A stretch of 64,000 nt of DNA. Origin: Selaginella moellendorffii (taxonomy: Eukaryota > Plantae > Lycopodiophyta). The translations under genes and the position numbers were made by a program. Positions within the stretch are counted from its first letter, which is position 1. Every line of letters begins with the position of its first letter. This document shows, piece after piece, positions 12,144-28,878 of the stretch. The notes under the pieces are model-generated. The model had not been told where the DNA came from and ran no database searches. It saw only the letters and a list, made by a program, of their open reading frames with translations. The stretch covers positions 1 to 64,000 of the forward strand of contig NW_003314328.1 in NCBI RefSeq assembly GCF_000143415.4, given 5' to 3'.

Positions 12144-14031
12144 TCAATTGGCAAAGCTTGGTGGCACTTTTCCTTTGAGGAAATGCTCAAACAAGGACAA
12201 AGCTTGCTGTGGTTTGTCTAGGGGCACCATATGACCGGCTCCGAGCACCGTCAAGAATGTCAATCCATTGTAAGCTTGCGACCAGCCAGCAACCTGCGAA
12301 ATTACCTTTCGTGTAAGATTTTTCTTGAAGACTATATCACGGGGGATTTATTTCACCTTGTCTTTGTGGCTCCAGGCAAACCATGGCGTTTGCGAGGTCA
12401 GATTCAGCTCTTTGATCCAGCTTCTCGTTGAGAGTGTTGATACCACTCCATCGGCATCACCACTGCGAGGAGAGGTGAAAAACCAAAATGGTAAGCTTTT
12501 GCAAAGTACCTGTATATCCAGATTCGAAGTTTTTTCTGGATCAAGGATTTGTAGAGCGGTAGCATGGACACAATTATATCGGATGCCTGGTAATACTCTG
12601 ATGCCTTCGAGCTGGTGCAAAACAAGATCAAAGCTGGTAAAATAAGGATCATACTTGCATGAAAGTATTTACTTGCAGAGCTTCCACGAGTTTGTTGAGT
12701 TTCCTGAACTTGCTAAATTCAAACTAGCTTGGACGCTTCGCTGATTGAGGTAACTTTCCGTTTTATCATCGCAAGGATTGTAAGCATTCACCAGCATATT
12801 TGTGTGTAGGGACTGAGACTGTAAATACAAGCCAGCTTGTCCTCAGATCGCATGGAAAAGAACAAATGGAGTTTACCGTGATAGACGACCCGTTTTTACA
12901 CGGAGGTTTGTATATATTGTAGTGACTAAGTCCACTTATCAAGCGGTTCGTGATGGCCGAAGCTCCTTGACAGTTTGGATTCATGGAACCTCCGAGGATT
13001 GGGCGCATGGTGGAAAAATCGCAGTTTTGGATCAGCTCGTTGTAAGTCTGCTCTGGAATGAGTGAGTGACTGTAGTAAAATTCAACATCGCCTCGCATGT
13101 CATGAGCAGGATCAGTCCAGGCATTTCCTAGCTGCGGTAAAAAAGGGTTACTTCCTTGCTCTTTTCTGTCGTCCATTTCACAGTATCTTACCGAAAATCC
13201 TTTCAGGTTGATGATGTTCTTACCATTAGCGTTGTTCTCCAAGATTTTCATAGCCAGAGTCGGGATATAGTGACCTGCGTACTGTTTGAAATCAAAGATC
13301 ACAGTGACTCGGTAGCATAACTTACCGGAGTAGCTCTCCCCCAACAAGTAAAACTCGTTCTTCGAGTACTCTGGAAAGTTTCTAAACCACTCAAGCAGGA
13401 ACTGGAGATTATCGGAGGCTACAGAGAATTCTCGTAAGGAAAGTAAGTCGATTTTTACTTGAATGCTCTTACCAGTCATCTCGTCGTTGTAGATTGTATA
13501 ATCGGAGGTGATGTTGGTGTAAGAGAAACCAGTGCCATGAGGAGACTCCAGAAATATTAAGTTGGCCGCTGCAAAAACTCTCCTTTATCTCCAGAAGCTC
13601 AATCGAACGACAATGAAGCCCACCTTTGTTCCATGCATTGCGGCGTTTCTCCAGTTTAGTACCACTAATATCGACGGAGAAAGGTCCGATCTCTCCGAAA
13701 GCTCCAGCTCCAACGGAAGAACAACCAGGCCCTGACAAGGCATTCAGTAAGTTTACTCCTCTTCTCCATGCTTGCTCTTAATTGATTTACCTCCTGAAAG
13801 CCACAGAGCTAATGGTTGCGATGTTTGATTCTGGTGATCGGCCTCAAAGAACCAGTAAAAGTACGCTCTTTGCGCCGACGCATTCACAACCAAGTGGCCA
13901 GCGTACTGCTTGAATTGGACTTGTGGCTGTCCGGGAAGATTTCGAACGAGATGGGAGGGATTTGCTGCCTGCGACGCAACGATAGTGAGCAAGATCAAAA
14001 CTATCCATGTCAAGCCGGTAGGCATGACCAT
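12144..14031 (-). CDS. Serine carboxypeptidase-like protein (peptidase S10, clade II-like), multi-exon
   Basis: Signal peptide, [49 protein letters not shown]; stop at 12144-12146. Confidence 0.93.
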
Positions 14032-14398
14032 CTATCTCTATCGATTTATTTCTCTTCGTTCTTCTTCTCCAGGACTTTAATGGTGTTTTGGACGGACAAA
14101 TCCATAGCCAAGCTGTCGGGAGCTTTCCACAATGAGAGTAACTTGTCCGGTTCTTCGTGTGACCATTTTCTTGTCCAGGAGTTTCCAAACAAAAGGGACT
14201 CTAGCTCGAAACAGTAATTGAAGATCTAGATACAAGTGTTGATCGAAATGGCTTTTTTTTCTCTCTCTATCACCGTGATCGTGACGTTAAATTATTCACA
14301 AAGATCCAAACAGCCAGCAAGTTGATCCACCGAAAAAAAGAATGGTACAGTAGTGCAGCTCCACTCACTCTCTCTCCTTGTTTTCGTTTCGCTCTAGC

Positions 14399-17085
14399 TC
14401 ACTTTTTTCCCATCTTCAGTCCATATCCAAAAGGAAACAGTGGATCATACTCGACATCGCCGTAGTTCATGGGGAGCTGCTCCACGCTCTTGAACCAAGT
14501 TCTCGACGACTTCCCCTGGAAGTCATAGTCGCCGAAGATCACGTCGGCGATCCCCTGGCCCTCGCTACCGGGTAGCCACGCCGCCACGAGAGCGTCCATG
14601 GAACTTAAGTGCGGTGCTACCACCAGGGGTCTCCCGGAGATGAGGATCACCAAGCACTTGACGGAAGAACACACGCTCTCGATGGTATTGGCTCCGTCCT
14701 GTGGGATCGTCAAGTTGAGATTGTCACCTTGGGTCTCGGCGTATGGCGGCTCCCCGACCACGACGATCGCAAAGTCGTAGCCGCCACCTTTCACCGACGA
14801 GGAGCTCGGGGATTCCTCGTAGACAACCTGGGTGTTCTTGCTCACGGTGTTGGAGATCCCTTGCAAGATTGTAGTTCCTGGAAGATTGGAAGAGAGCTGT
14901 GTCAATGGATGTGTTCTTGAGGACATGGTGATGGAAGTTTTAAGAGTTTCGAGTTGGTGTACCAAGAGTTGTGTTGCCGCTAGCGCCTTGCCAGGTGATG
15001 GTCCATCCTCCGCATTGATTCCCGAGATTGTTCGCGTGGCTGCCAGCGACGAGGATCTTCGACGCTGTTTTGCTCAGTGGCAGCAGTGGATACTTGGCAT
15101 TCTTGCCGTTCTTCAAGAGAACCAGGGTCTTCCGTACGGCCTCTCTCGCGAGATCTCTGTGAGCCTGGCAGCAAAGTTTACGTGATAAGAATGCGAAAGT
15201 TCGAGCTTCAAGGGCGGCTTACCCCGATCTGGCTGCGGTACGAGCTATCGGACTTTGGATGCTCGAACAAGCCCGCCGTGAATTTCACAAAGAGGATTCT
15301 TCGCACCGCGTCGTCGATCCTGTCCAGCGAGATGAAACCTTGCTTCACCAGAGACGTCAGAGTGTCGATGAACTTGGTGTACTCATACGGCACCATGATC
15401 TGGCAAGCAAAAAGTCATTAACTTCTGGCGAAACGAGTAGAAAAAAGAGAGCTCCAGTTGGTAAACTGGGAGAGAAGCACGATTTTCTCACCATGTCAAT
15501 CCCAGCAGTCACTGAGACGAGCACTGAGTAAGTGTAGTTGGCACCCGCCGGGTTGGTGATCCTGTCAATGCCTTGCCAGTCGGAGATCACGAATCCCTGT
15601 TGGTAAAGTTCACGAGCAAAGGTTTCAATCCAATCCAGCCAAGTACAGGAGAAAGAAAACTCAGTCCAAAACACAAACCAAAGTTTTCAATCCAACCAAG
15701 AACTGAAAAGCAAAGTTGAGAACTCGAGAAAGAAAAGCAAAGTTTTCAGCCAAAGCCAATCTCAAGAAACTTCTCTTCGAGCATGACAGATTTTCACACA
15801 CCTTGAATCGCAGGCGCTTCTTGAGGATATCGGTGATCAGATGCCGATTTTTGTGCATCTTAATCCCGTTCCAACTCGAGTAGGAGATCATGACTGTCGA
15901 CACACCTTTGTCGATGGCATCGAAGTAAGGCAGCATATGAGTTCCGACGAGACGCTTGTAGCTGCCAACGGTGTTGTTCTCGTTGATCCCACTCCTCGTC
16001 CCGCCATCGCCAACATAGTGCTTTGAGCAAGCAGCGACCTTGGAGCTGGAAAGCCAAAAAAAGTGTAAGAACTCTTTCCAATGGAGATCAAGTTTGATCG
16101 AACTTACCTTCCTCCGACGTATGGAACTCCTTTGGCCGGGGTCTCCCCTTGAAGCCCCGAGATAATCGTCGTCATAGCCTTGACCAGCTCCGGGTGCTCG
16201 CTGTAGCTCTCGAAGCATCGGCCCCATCTTGGATCCCGGCAAACCTGGAAAGAACAATGACTTCAGTTCATACATCACTACCGAGGAGAAAAAAAAAAAT
16301 CGCTTGGCTAGAAAGAAAAACACTAAGGTCGTCTAAGAACACGAAGAACAAGGAAAATGCTTAGGAAAGATTACCGCAACGCAAGGAGCAAAGGTGTACT
16401 GGATCCCAGTTGCTCGGACTTCCAATGCCGTGGCCGCTCCAATGCGTTTAACCAAGTCGGGATCTCTGCCGGGAGCCAAAGTAAGAGAAGAGATATCGAG
16501 TGATCCACAAGGCTTGTTCTTGCTTACCCGGCCGATCCAAGGCCGACGTTGTGAGGAAAAATGGTGGCTCCATAGACATTGTTGTGGCCGTGAACAGCGT
16601 CGATGCCATAGATGATTGGAATCCCCAGCCTCGTCGCCAGTGCCCCGTCTTGGAGCCCATCGACGAACGCCGCCCATGTCGCCGCCGAGGCGCGCGGCGC
16701 TGGAACGCTCCCTCCGCCGCTCAAGACACTCCCTAAGATCACAAGAGATCTTAAAAACCTTTAGGAAGAACTTATGTCGTAAAGGGAGAGATCTTCTCTC
16801 TCTCTCTCTCCCTCTCACTTTCTTTTTTTTTGGTATCTCTTGTGTCTTACCGATGAAGTACTTGGTGATGACGGATCCGGTAGCATTCTCTCGCTCGATC
16901 TGTGTCATCTGCCCAATCTTCTCCTCGAGCGTCATGCGGGAGAGAAGATCCTGGACGCGAGCATGGATTGGCTGCGATGTATCCTTGTACAATGCTGCCC
17001 GAGAGAGGGAGGCATCGAATGCTAGAAGCAGCAGTAGGAGCAGCATGGAACGAGCACGGAGAAGCGATGAAGCAGCCATGGTCAT
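14399..17085 (-). CDS. Glycoside hydrolase family 3 beta-D-glucan exohydrolase / beta-glucosidase, multi-exon
   Basis: [42 protein letters not shown] nucleophile, [25 protein letters not shown]. Confidence 0.96.
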
Positions 17086-17559
17086 TGGCTCCGAGAGAGC
17101 TCCGAGAGAGCTCAGACAGAGAGAGAGAGAGAGAGGGAGAGGAGAGAGAGATTAGCACAAAGCACAAACTTTATATAATCTGTGAAGAGAAGTATCTCTA
17201 TTGTTTACGGCTGCTGGATCACCACTTGGAAGATCCAAACTCCGGACACATAATTTGACCCGAGCTTTCGTTGGGTGAAAGAGATAAATCGGATGATCGA
17301 GAGATTGGGCACCATGACTTGGACAGCCAAAAAATAAAAAAATCGAAAAATCGAAAAAAATAGTAAAAATTTGTTCTAAAAGTGTGGACCTTTTGCGTGG
17401 AGCCGTCCGCCCAAGCCTCACATCCGACGGCCCAGAGAAGAGATACGTTGTATAGACAGGCACTGGCGAATAAAACCCTTTAGGTGGACGATCAGCAATC
17501 AACCAAACAAGTGTTTCTTGACTTGGGCTCTTTGAATTTTTTGATCGATCGTGTCGCCG

Positions 17560-20500
17560 GCCTCCCGTTAAACACCATCCTGATTCACTCTCTCTCCGCT
17601 TACCTGGCGATGACGTGGCATCAGCCCTCCCTTTTGTTTTATCTCCAGCGCACTCCCTCTCCCGTCCGTCGCCGCTGCACCCTCCCGCCCGCGGCTATCG
17701 CCCGCCCGCGGCTCCCGCCCGCCCGCTCGCCCTCACGGCTCCCGCCCGCACTCCCACCCGCCCCCGCACGTCCGCCCGCGCCCAGCGTGCGCCCTAAAAT
17801 TACTTCCACGTGGCCACAGCCCCAACACTTAGCCAAATTTCAATCAGCGCGCGCGTGGACGCCTTTCTACGTGCTTTATGTGGCCAATGAGTGTCATGGA
17901 TGATCATCCATTAGGAGTGGTAAACTTATGAAATCTTCTCATTAATTTAAATATATGCAATGTAAGTATATAAAGAGTTTGTTTTTTTATTTATTCTTTG
18001 CTAAGATTGAGTTTTTCGTTTAAAGAGCTTTTCTTTCTTGTCTTCCTCTGCCTAGTAAAAGGAGTTGCTTCTGGATTACTAGAAGCTTTTCTTTTACCTG
18101 TAATTCTTTCCACCAAAGGTTTTGCTCGCTTCAAGGATATACCATAACTATCAACACGTTGTTGAAATTCTGCTGCAGGATGAATAAGATCGTCTGGCCT
18201 GGCTTTAAAAGTTGCAACCTTCTGCTGTATCATTTCTAAATCGTTGTCAACCATAGATAAAAAAGCTTCTTCATCAGGAAGATCTTGTATGATATCCATC
18301 ATCTTTTGTTGTAGTGTCGCTTTTGTAACTTTTGATGGAGTGATATCTTCCTGCTTAAAGTTCATATCAATATTTAAAATTTACTTAGTGTAAATTACCT
18401 CTATAGTAGTCCTTAGCTGAATTTCTTGTTGATGCTGTATATTTTGATGGATATCTTCCTGCTCAATATTCATATATCTTAGTATATAAAATATGTTAGT
18501 TTACCTCTAATGTAGTCTCCAACTGAATTTCTTGCTCATGATAAACATCTTGATGGATGTTTTCCTGCTCAAATTTTTATAAGTATTTCAAAATTTTAAT
18601 TAATAAGTGAATTACCTCTGTCATAGCTTCCAAGTCAAGTGCTTCAAAATCTTGATGACGATAAAATAAATCATCTGGCCCAGGTTCTAAGATTGCATGC
18701 GATTGTGATGGTTGAACCTCATAACTAGTTGTAGTCCAATCGGTTTTTTCTCCTTGTTTTAACATAATAACTTTTGCTTGATGCTTGCAAAAGTTTCCTT
18801 TAATTGCCCACGGACAATTACACCAAGTCGAAAAAGCCCAATCACTGTGTCCTTCACCTCCGACAACAAGATACCATATAGTTGGATCTGAAGAGGATTG
18901 TACATAAGATTTGTGAGTATTGTCCTTATCGAATTTTACTTGAGAGTCGTTAATATTTCTTGCTTTAACAATCGCACCATCGATTAGCTTTTCATATACA
19001 TGGTTTCGGATAAAACCATGATCTTTGCAATAAGTAGTAAACCAGTACCTCGCATGAACCTTAGTAGTAAGTTGATGAATTGCCCAATCCATCCTTCGAT
19101 TGCGAGCATGTTTTTTATCGGACGAAAGTATAGCTTTCATATTTGCATGGAATGCCTCAATCGAACTATTTGTTTCCTTATTAGCATGAGGGAAATTTCG
19201 AGCAGCAACAACCCACATATCTATCAAATATAAATTAAAATAAATTATAAAAATTAAATTATTGATTCACTTACCAACTTTGTCCTTCCATTCGTCTTGA
19301 AAATACTTGATAAAAGCTACTTCATTTTGAAAATCCACCTCAAAATGTTCAATAAGTTGTTTAATCTCAGCTCGCATAATATTATCATCATGAAAAGCTG
19401 CATGAATTGAATGATACATAATATCTCCGAGACGTTTCCATATTTCCATCCTAATATCCCAAGATTTCACCTTGCGAATAATATGTTTGAGCCAATTCCT
19501 CCTTACATGCCAAATACATAATAGAATTTGACAATCAAATGTAGCTCTATATAGAAGAAAACAATTAAATTATTTCATATCAAATTAATTACCTTATAGC
19601 ATTAATCTCTGCTTCAGCATCATCAATCATTATCGCCCGTGGTTTCCAGTTTGGCATGTGTTCTAAAACTCGTTTTTTAAGAGCTATCATCCAATTCTTC
19701 ATATGTTCTCCTTTCTCACTAGAAGTTAAAACCCATGCAATTGGAATACCATTTCCATGATAATCAAAAGCAAGCATGGTGTATAATGGGAACTGTAAAT
19801 TATTAAGTATTAATCACTTAAAACTGAATGAAAATATTACCTTATAGCGATTAGTTCCAAAAGTTGCGTCAAGACTCAATAAATTATTATTTGAAAAGTC
19901 CACCATCTTTTGTAGTTGCCAAGTTGTCTGAATCCCAATAGTAAAACAATCTTTACCTCGATCACCTTCCTGATAGAAAAATACTTTCTCGGGATTTGTG
20001 TTCTTCCAAATACGTACACTCTGTGCATCATTCTCATGTAATCGATAAGTTGAAAGCGAATACTTCCTATGCAAATTGTTGATATCCTGCATAGTTAGAA
20101 AATCATCTCGATGAGGAGGTTCACCAGCTGACTTGTTCCTTTCCACAATCTGTATATGCTCATTATAAATCTGATTTGATGTGAAATCCTGCTGAATCAT
20201 ATGAATCACCCAATATCGAATATCTGCTGAAAGCTTCTGAGGAAATAATGACTTTCCTCCAGTCGGATCAAGTTGACCATGACAAGGAATCCCATTCTTA
20301 TCACAATGTTCTCTATGATAATATGTAATCTGCACATAATCAGGCCATTTGTAAAACTGTTTGACCAAAAAATTGCAAAGGCAGCCCCGCTTATTAGAAC
20401 TTCGACCTGGTCTACTTCCAAATCCTGACTTTGGTGTAGATTCAGCAACTATAATAGAGGATGTTTCACGAGCATCTTGTTTTCCATATTCACACCAATA

Positions 20501-21244
20501 CCTGTAGCATGAAGTTAGTAATTATATTTTATTAAAAAGATATACCTGATTAATGATAAAAAGCTTGTGTTTTTGGGTCGTTTCAAATCTCCAGGATCAC
20601 GATTTTTGTTAGAAAATCGCCAAAAATCCACTCCATCACCCCTTCTCCTCTCACCATCTAGAAACTTATTCACATCCTTCTGGAATATATACACAATAGG
20701 AGCAATAGTTTCATTTGATTTAGACAAATTCCAATCTAAATCATCTGCACAAAAATAATCCTTTTCATGGAATTCTTGCACCTCATCAAGCCATGGGGGA
20801 TCCTAAATGATTTTCTTGAATCAATATGAAATTGAATTGATTGCTTACCTCTGGAAATTGATGTGCTGCTGCCATGCTTGATCATAAAAGAAACAGAAAC
20901 GTTTTTAGGTCAATTATGGGGCAACCATCCGGCGTGAATGGGTGGACCAGGGCGCGCTGATTGAAATTTGGCTAAGTGTTGGGGCTGTGGCCACGTGGAA
21001 GTAATTTTAGGGCGCACGCTGGGCGCGGGCGGACGTGCGGGGGCGGGTGGGAGTGCGGGCGGGAGCCGTGAGGGCGAGCGGGCGGGCGGGAGCCGCGGGC
21101 GGGCGATAGCCGCGGGCGGGAGGGTGCAGCGGCGACGGACGGGAGAGGGAGTGCGCTGGAGATAAAACAAAAGGGAGGGCTGATGCCACGTCATCGCCAG
21201 GTAAGCGGAGAGAGAGTGAATCAGGATGGTGTTTAACGGGAGGC
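17560..21244 (-). mobile_element. Mutator-like (MULE) DNA transposon, apparently complete
   Basis: 293-bp TIRs (17560-17852, 20952-21244). Perfect 9-bp TSD GTGTCGCCG (17551-17559, 21245-21253). Internal spliced transposase. Confidence 0.97.
17991..20875 (-). CDS. MULE transposase with SWIM zinc finger, multi-exon
   Basis: LDATFGTNRY, GIPIAWVLT, IMIDDAEAE, CxWH, TNSSIEAFH (DDE), SWIM CNCPWAIKGNFCKH. ATG at 20875 splices in frame into the next exon. Confidence 0.9.
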
Positions 21245-21995
21245 GTGTCGCCGCAACGTCTGGATCGACAACGCTTTTGGAGGGTTGCGAGTTATATCGG
21301 CTCGCGCAGAGAGTTCTTTCTAGTTCGCTGTCCAGCACACAAACGACGTGGGTTTCATGATCCGAGAGGATCAATCCCCCGACACTATCCGGCTGGAATT
21401 GACAGAGCTTTGATCAAGGAAAAAGAAATGGCCTTTGGAAACGGTCGAATCCAGCTTAACAAAACTAAACATTCAACAACCACGATTTTAACATTTGTTC
21501 TACTGTACGAACTCAAAAAAACTAGGGACGTGGTGAGGAGTCTTATGCTAGGCATGTTGATTCATAAATATAGACATTGATGGCACCAAGGTTCTAGAAA
21601 TTCAAAGCTATCCCCAAGAGACGTGCGAATCTGCCCTAGAACTCGTATCTGTGCTCCATGAAGCTGGGAATCCTCCAAGACTGTAGACTGGGAAAATTGG
21701 ATCCAATAGTGAGCCTACGTGAATTGATTTTAGATGCTTGTATATCGATCATGACAATGGAGTCTAATTGTTCCGGATCAATGTCTCCAGCAATAGCAAC
21801 ACTTGGAGTTTCATCTGGGACAACAACGTATGAATCTCTATGGCAATTTGCTCGTCCCTTGGTGACAAAGGTGGCGGCGAGGAAGTTTATTCCTAGGATC
21901 TCTACCACATTTATTTTGATACGCAATCTTAAAGGTATATTTATCCTCTTTTTTTTTTTGTTGCGGTAAGCCCTAGTTAGGGTTCTTCGCGAGCT

Positions 21996-26741
<4,746 letters not shown>

Positions 26742-27192
26742 AGAGGGAAGAAAATTCGTAAGCATATGCTGCTCTTTTGAAATTGGCGTTAGGTCTTGTG
26801 TCCGCACATCTGGACCGTTTATCGCGAAGAATCCGTCCGCCATGGCGCTCAAAGGGCACCAATGGAGACTATTGGCGCATTCAGCACTCCGTGGCTCCTT
26901 CGCTCCATAGCGTTTTTACTCGAGAGGTCTTGCAGAGGCGACGAGTTTGATCCGGTTCCTACCGTGGCTACCCCTGGCGCTGGTTTAGGGAGAGAGCTCT
27001 TTCATCTCCATGTAAAAAGAAGAGCGATCAGGTATGTCGTGTTTCTCTATTTCTGATTGTTTCTGTTTTTTTTTTCCTTTGATCCAGATGGTGTAGAAGG
27101 AAAAGAAGGCTTGAAAAACATGGAGATGGGACGGGCAAGAACGCGGTTTGAGGAAGTTTTACAGGCATATGTCGACACTTCGAAGTCAGTAG

Positions 27193-28263
27193 TTGTTTTT
27201 TCTGTCTTGCTCCGTGATCGCTTGTTTTGGAGCTAAAACTTGGCCAAACGTCAGGGTGGCGGAGGAGCACCGCTGTGATGAACACAATGCCGTCATTTTG
27301 CTTCAGGTATGCTACTTTTGTTTTTGTTTCTGGACGCTCTTGAGCTGTGGTAATTGTCCCGCAGTGCGCATGGCGAAGAAGAATGGTGTATAAAATGCTA
27401 AGGAAATGGAATTGTGCTGCTACTCATATCCAACGTGTGTATCGTGGTCATTTGGGACGAGAAAGACATCACTCCATTACCCTGGCGAGGGACACGGCTC
27501 TCAGAATGGCGTACTTCAACCACAAGGCCACGTTGATACAGAAGAGATTTCGAGGCTATTACAGCAGAAAGTATGTCCACAGCTTCCACGCTAGGAAAGA
27601 GTTTTTGCTGGACGTGATGGCCAAGGCCACTGACGTGAAGCAGCACCTATCTGAGAATTACAAGGAGCAGTGCAACTACAGATGCAAAGAAGCAGCAAGG
27701 AAAACACAGGAGGAGATGCACAAGTTCATGGAAAACAGCCATTGCTTAGTACGAGTTTTTGTTTTTGATTTTCTCTTGTCTTTAGATCGCTTACGAACTT
27801 TTATGTCTTGCAGCTGGGCACTGAAGCTATCAAAGGAGTGTATTACTCTCCATGTCTCTCAGTTCTCGGGGCGCCAAACCAGGTGGAGGCCAAAATCAAG
27901 GAGGCGAGAAAAATGCGGGATTGCGCAGACGACATGAAGAGGTCGAGACGGATAAAGAAGAAGCCACCGCCAGAGCTGTGGAGACACATGCACATAACGA
28001 CGGTAGGACCATACGTGACGAGGTTTGAGACTCTGAGGCAAGAGGAGAAGCAAAAGAAGCTGTTCCAGCACGCCGACAGCGATTTCACGACAACTTTCAA
28101 GGACCGGACGAACGTGTTCAAGGGAAAGACGCTGCGGCTCCAGACGGAGTACAGTGGATTGAGGAGAAAAAAGAACAAAGAGGAGGGGTGGAAGAAGATC
28201 TCGGACAAGCCATTCTTTGTCAGCATACCTCCGCGTCGCAGGTTTTCGTGTGGAGGTAAGTAG
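27193..28263 (+). CDS. IQ-motif protein, SPATA17-like (start codon uncertain)
   Basis: Three IQ-like motifs (LLQCAWRR, IQRVYRGHLGR, IQKRFRGYYSRK) followed by a helical region; arrangement resembles SPATA17. Confidence 0.7.
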
Positions 28264-28274
28264 TCTCAAAGCTC

Positions 28275-28375
28275 TAGTTTAGCTACGTCGCAGGTTTCTA
28301 CGTTACGAGTTGCTAGCTTTAGTTTAGCTACATCGCAGGTTTCTATGTTTCGAGTTGCTAGCTTTCGTTTAGCTC
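28275..28375. repeat. ~45-bp tandem duplication in 3' flank
   Basis: agtttagctac(g/a)tcgcaggtttcta..gagttgctagcttt twice plus a partial copy. Confidence 0.85.
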
Positions 28376-28878
28376 AACGCGAATTTTTGCTTTCGCTTTC
28401 TAATCGTGCCATTGCTTTTATTTTAAGTTGACACCGATTTCGAGCATGCGATTAGTTTCTCGAGTGTCGGAGATGGATGGATTTCACCGAATTGCTGCAA
28501 CACTCGAAAGGAAAAAGAGACTCCTCCAGCCTGAGCACAGGCTTTGAATGTTCATCGCTTTTACCAAAGTGACGCTGGGCGGAGGGGAGGTCCCTTTTCA
28601 GCTGACAGTGGCTTTCCAACGGAAAAAGATAAAGAAAGATTTCGTGCAAAAGGCTGGTGCTCGCTGCTCGCCGCTGCTCGCTTGCTTTCCATCGTCTGCC
28701 GCATTCTCTCTCGATTCATCCTCTCGAGCACGCTTTGCCACTGGGTCGTCTTGTCCGCTTCCACCCGACGCCCGCTGCGGAAATTGATGGATGGAAGCGT
28801 TGATCACTGCGAGTATATATCGCAAAGTCTTTGCAGCGGCAGAGGCCGGATGTAGCGGTCCCGGCGCGCTGAGGCATC

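Noticed and set aside
12144-17085. SCPL and GH3 as members of the BAHD/PAL-like cluster
   Set aside because: More than 30 kb away with many unrelated genes between; the SCPL looks like a peptidase-type rather than acyltransferase-type member
17484-17903. Pro/Arg-rich ORFs duplicated at 20910-21374
   Set aside because: Translations of the GC-rich TIRs, not genes
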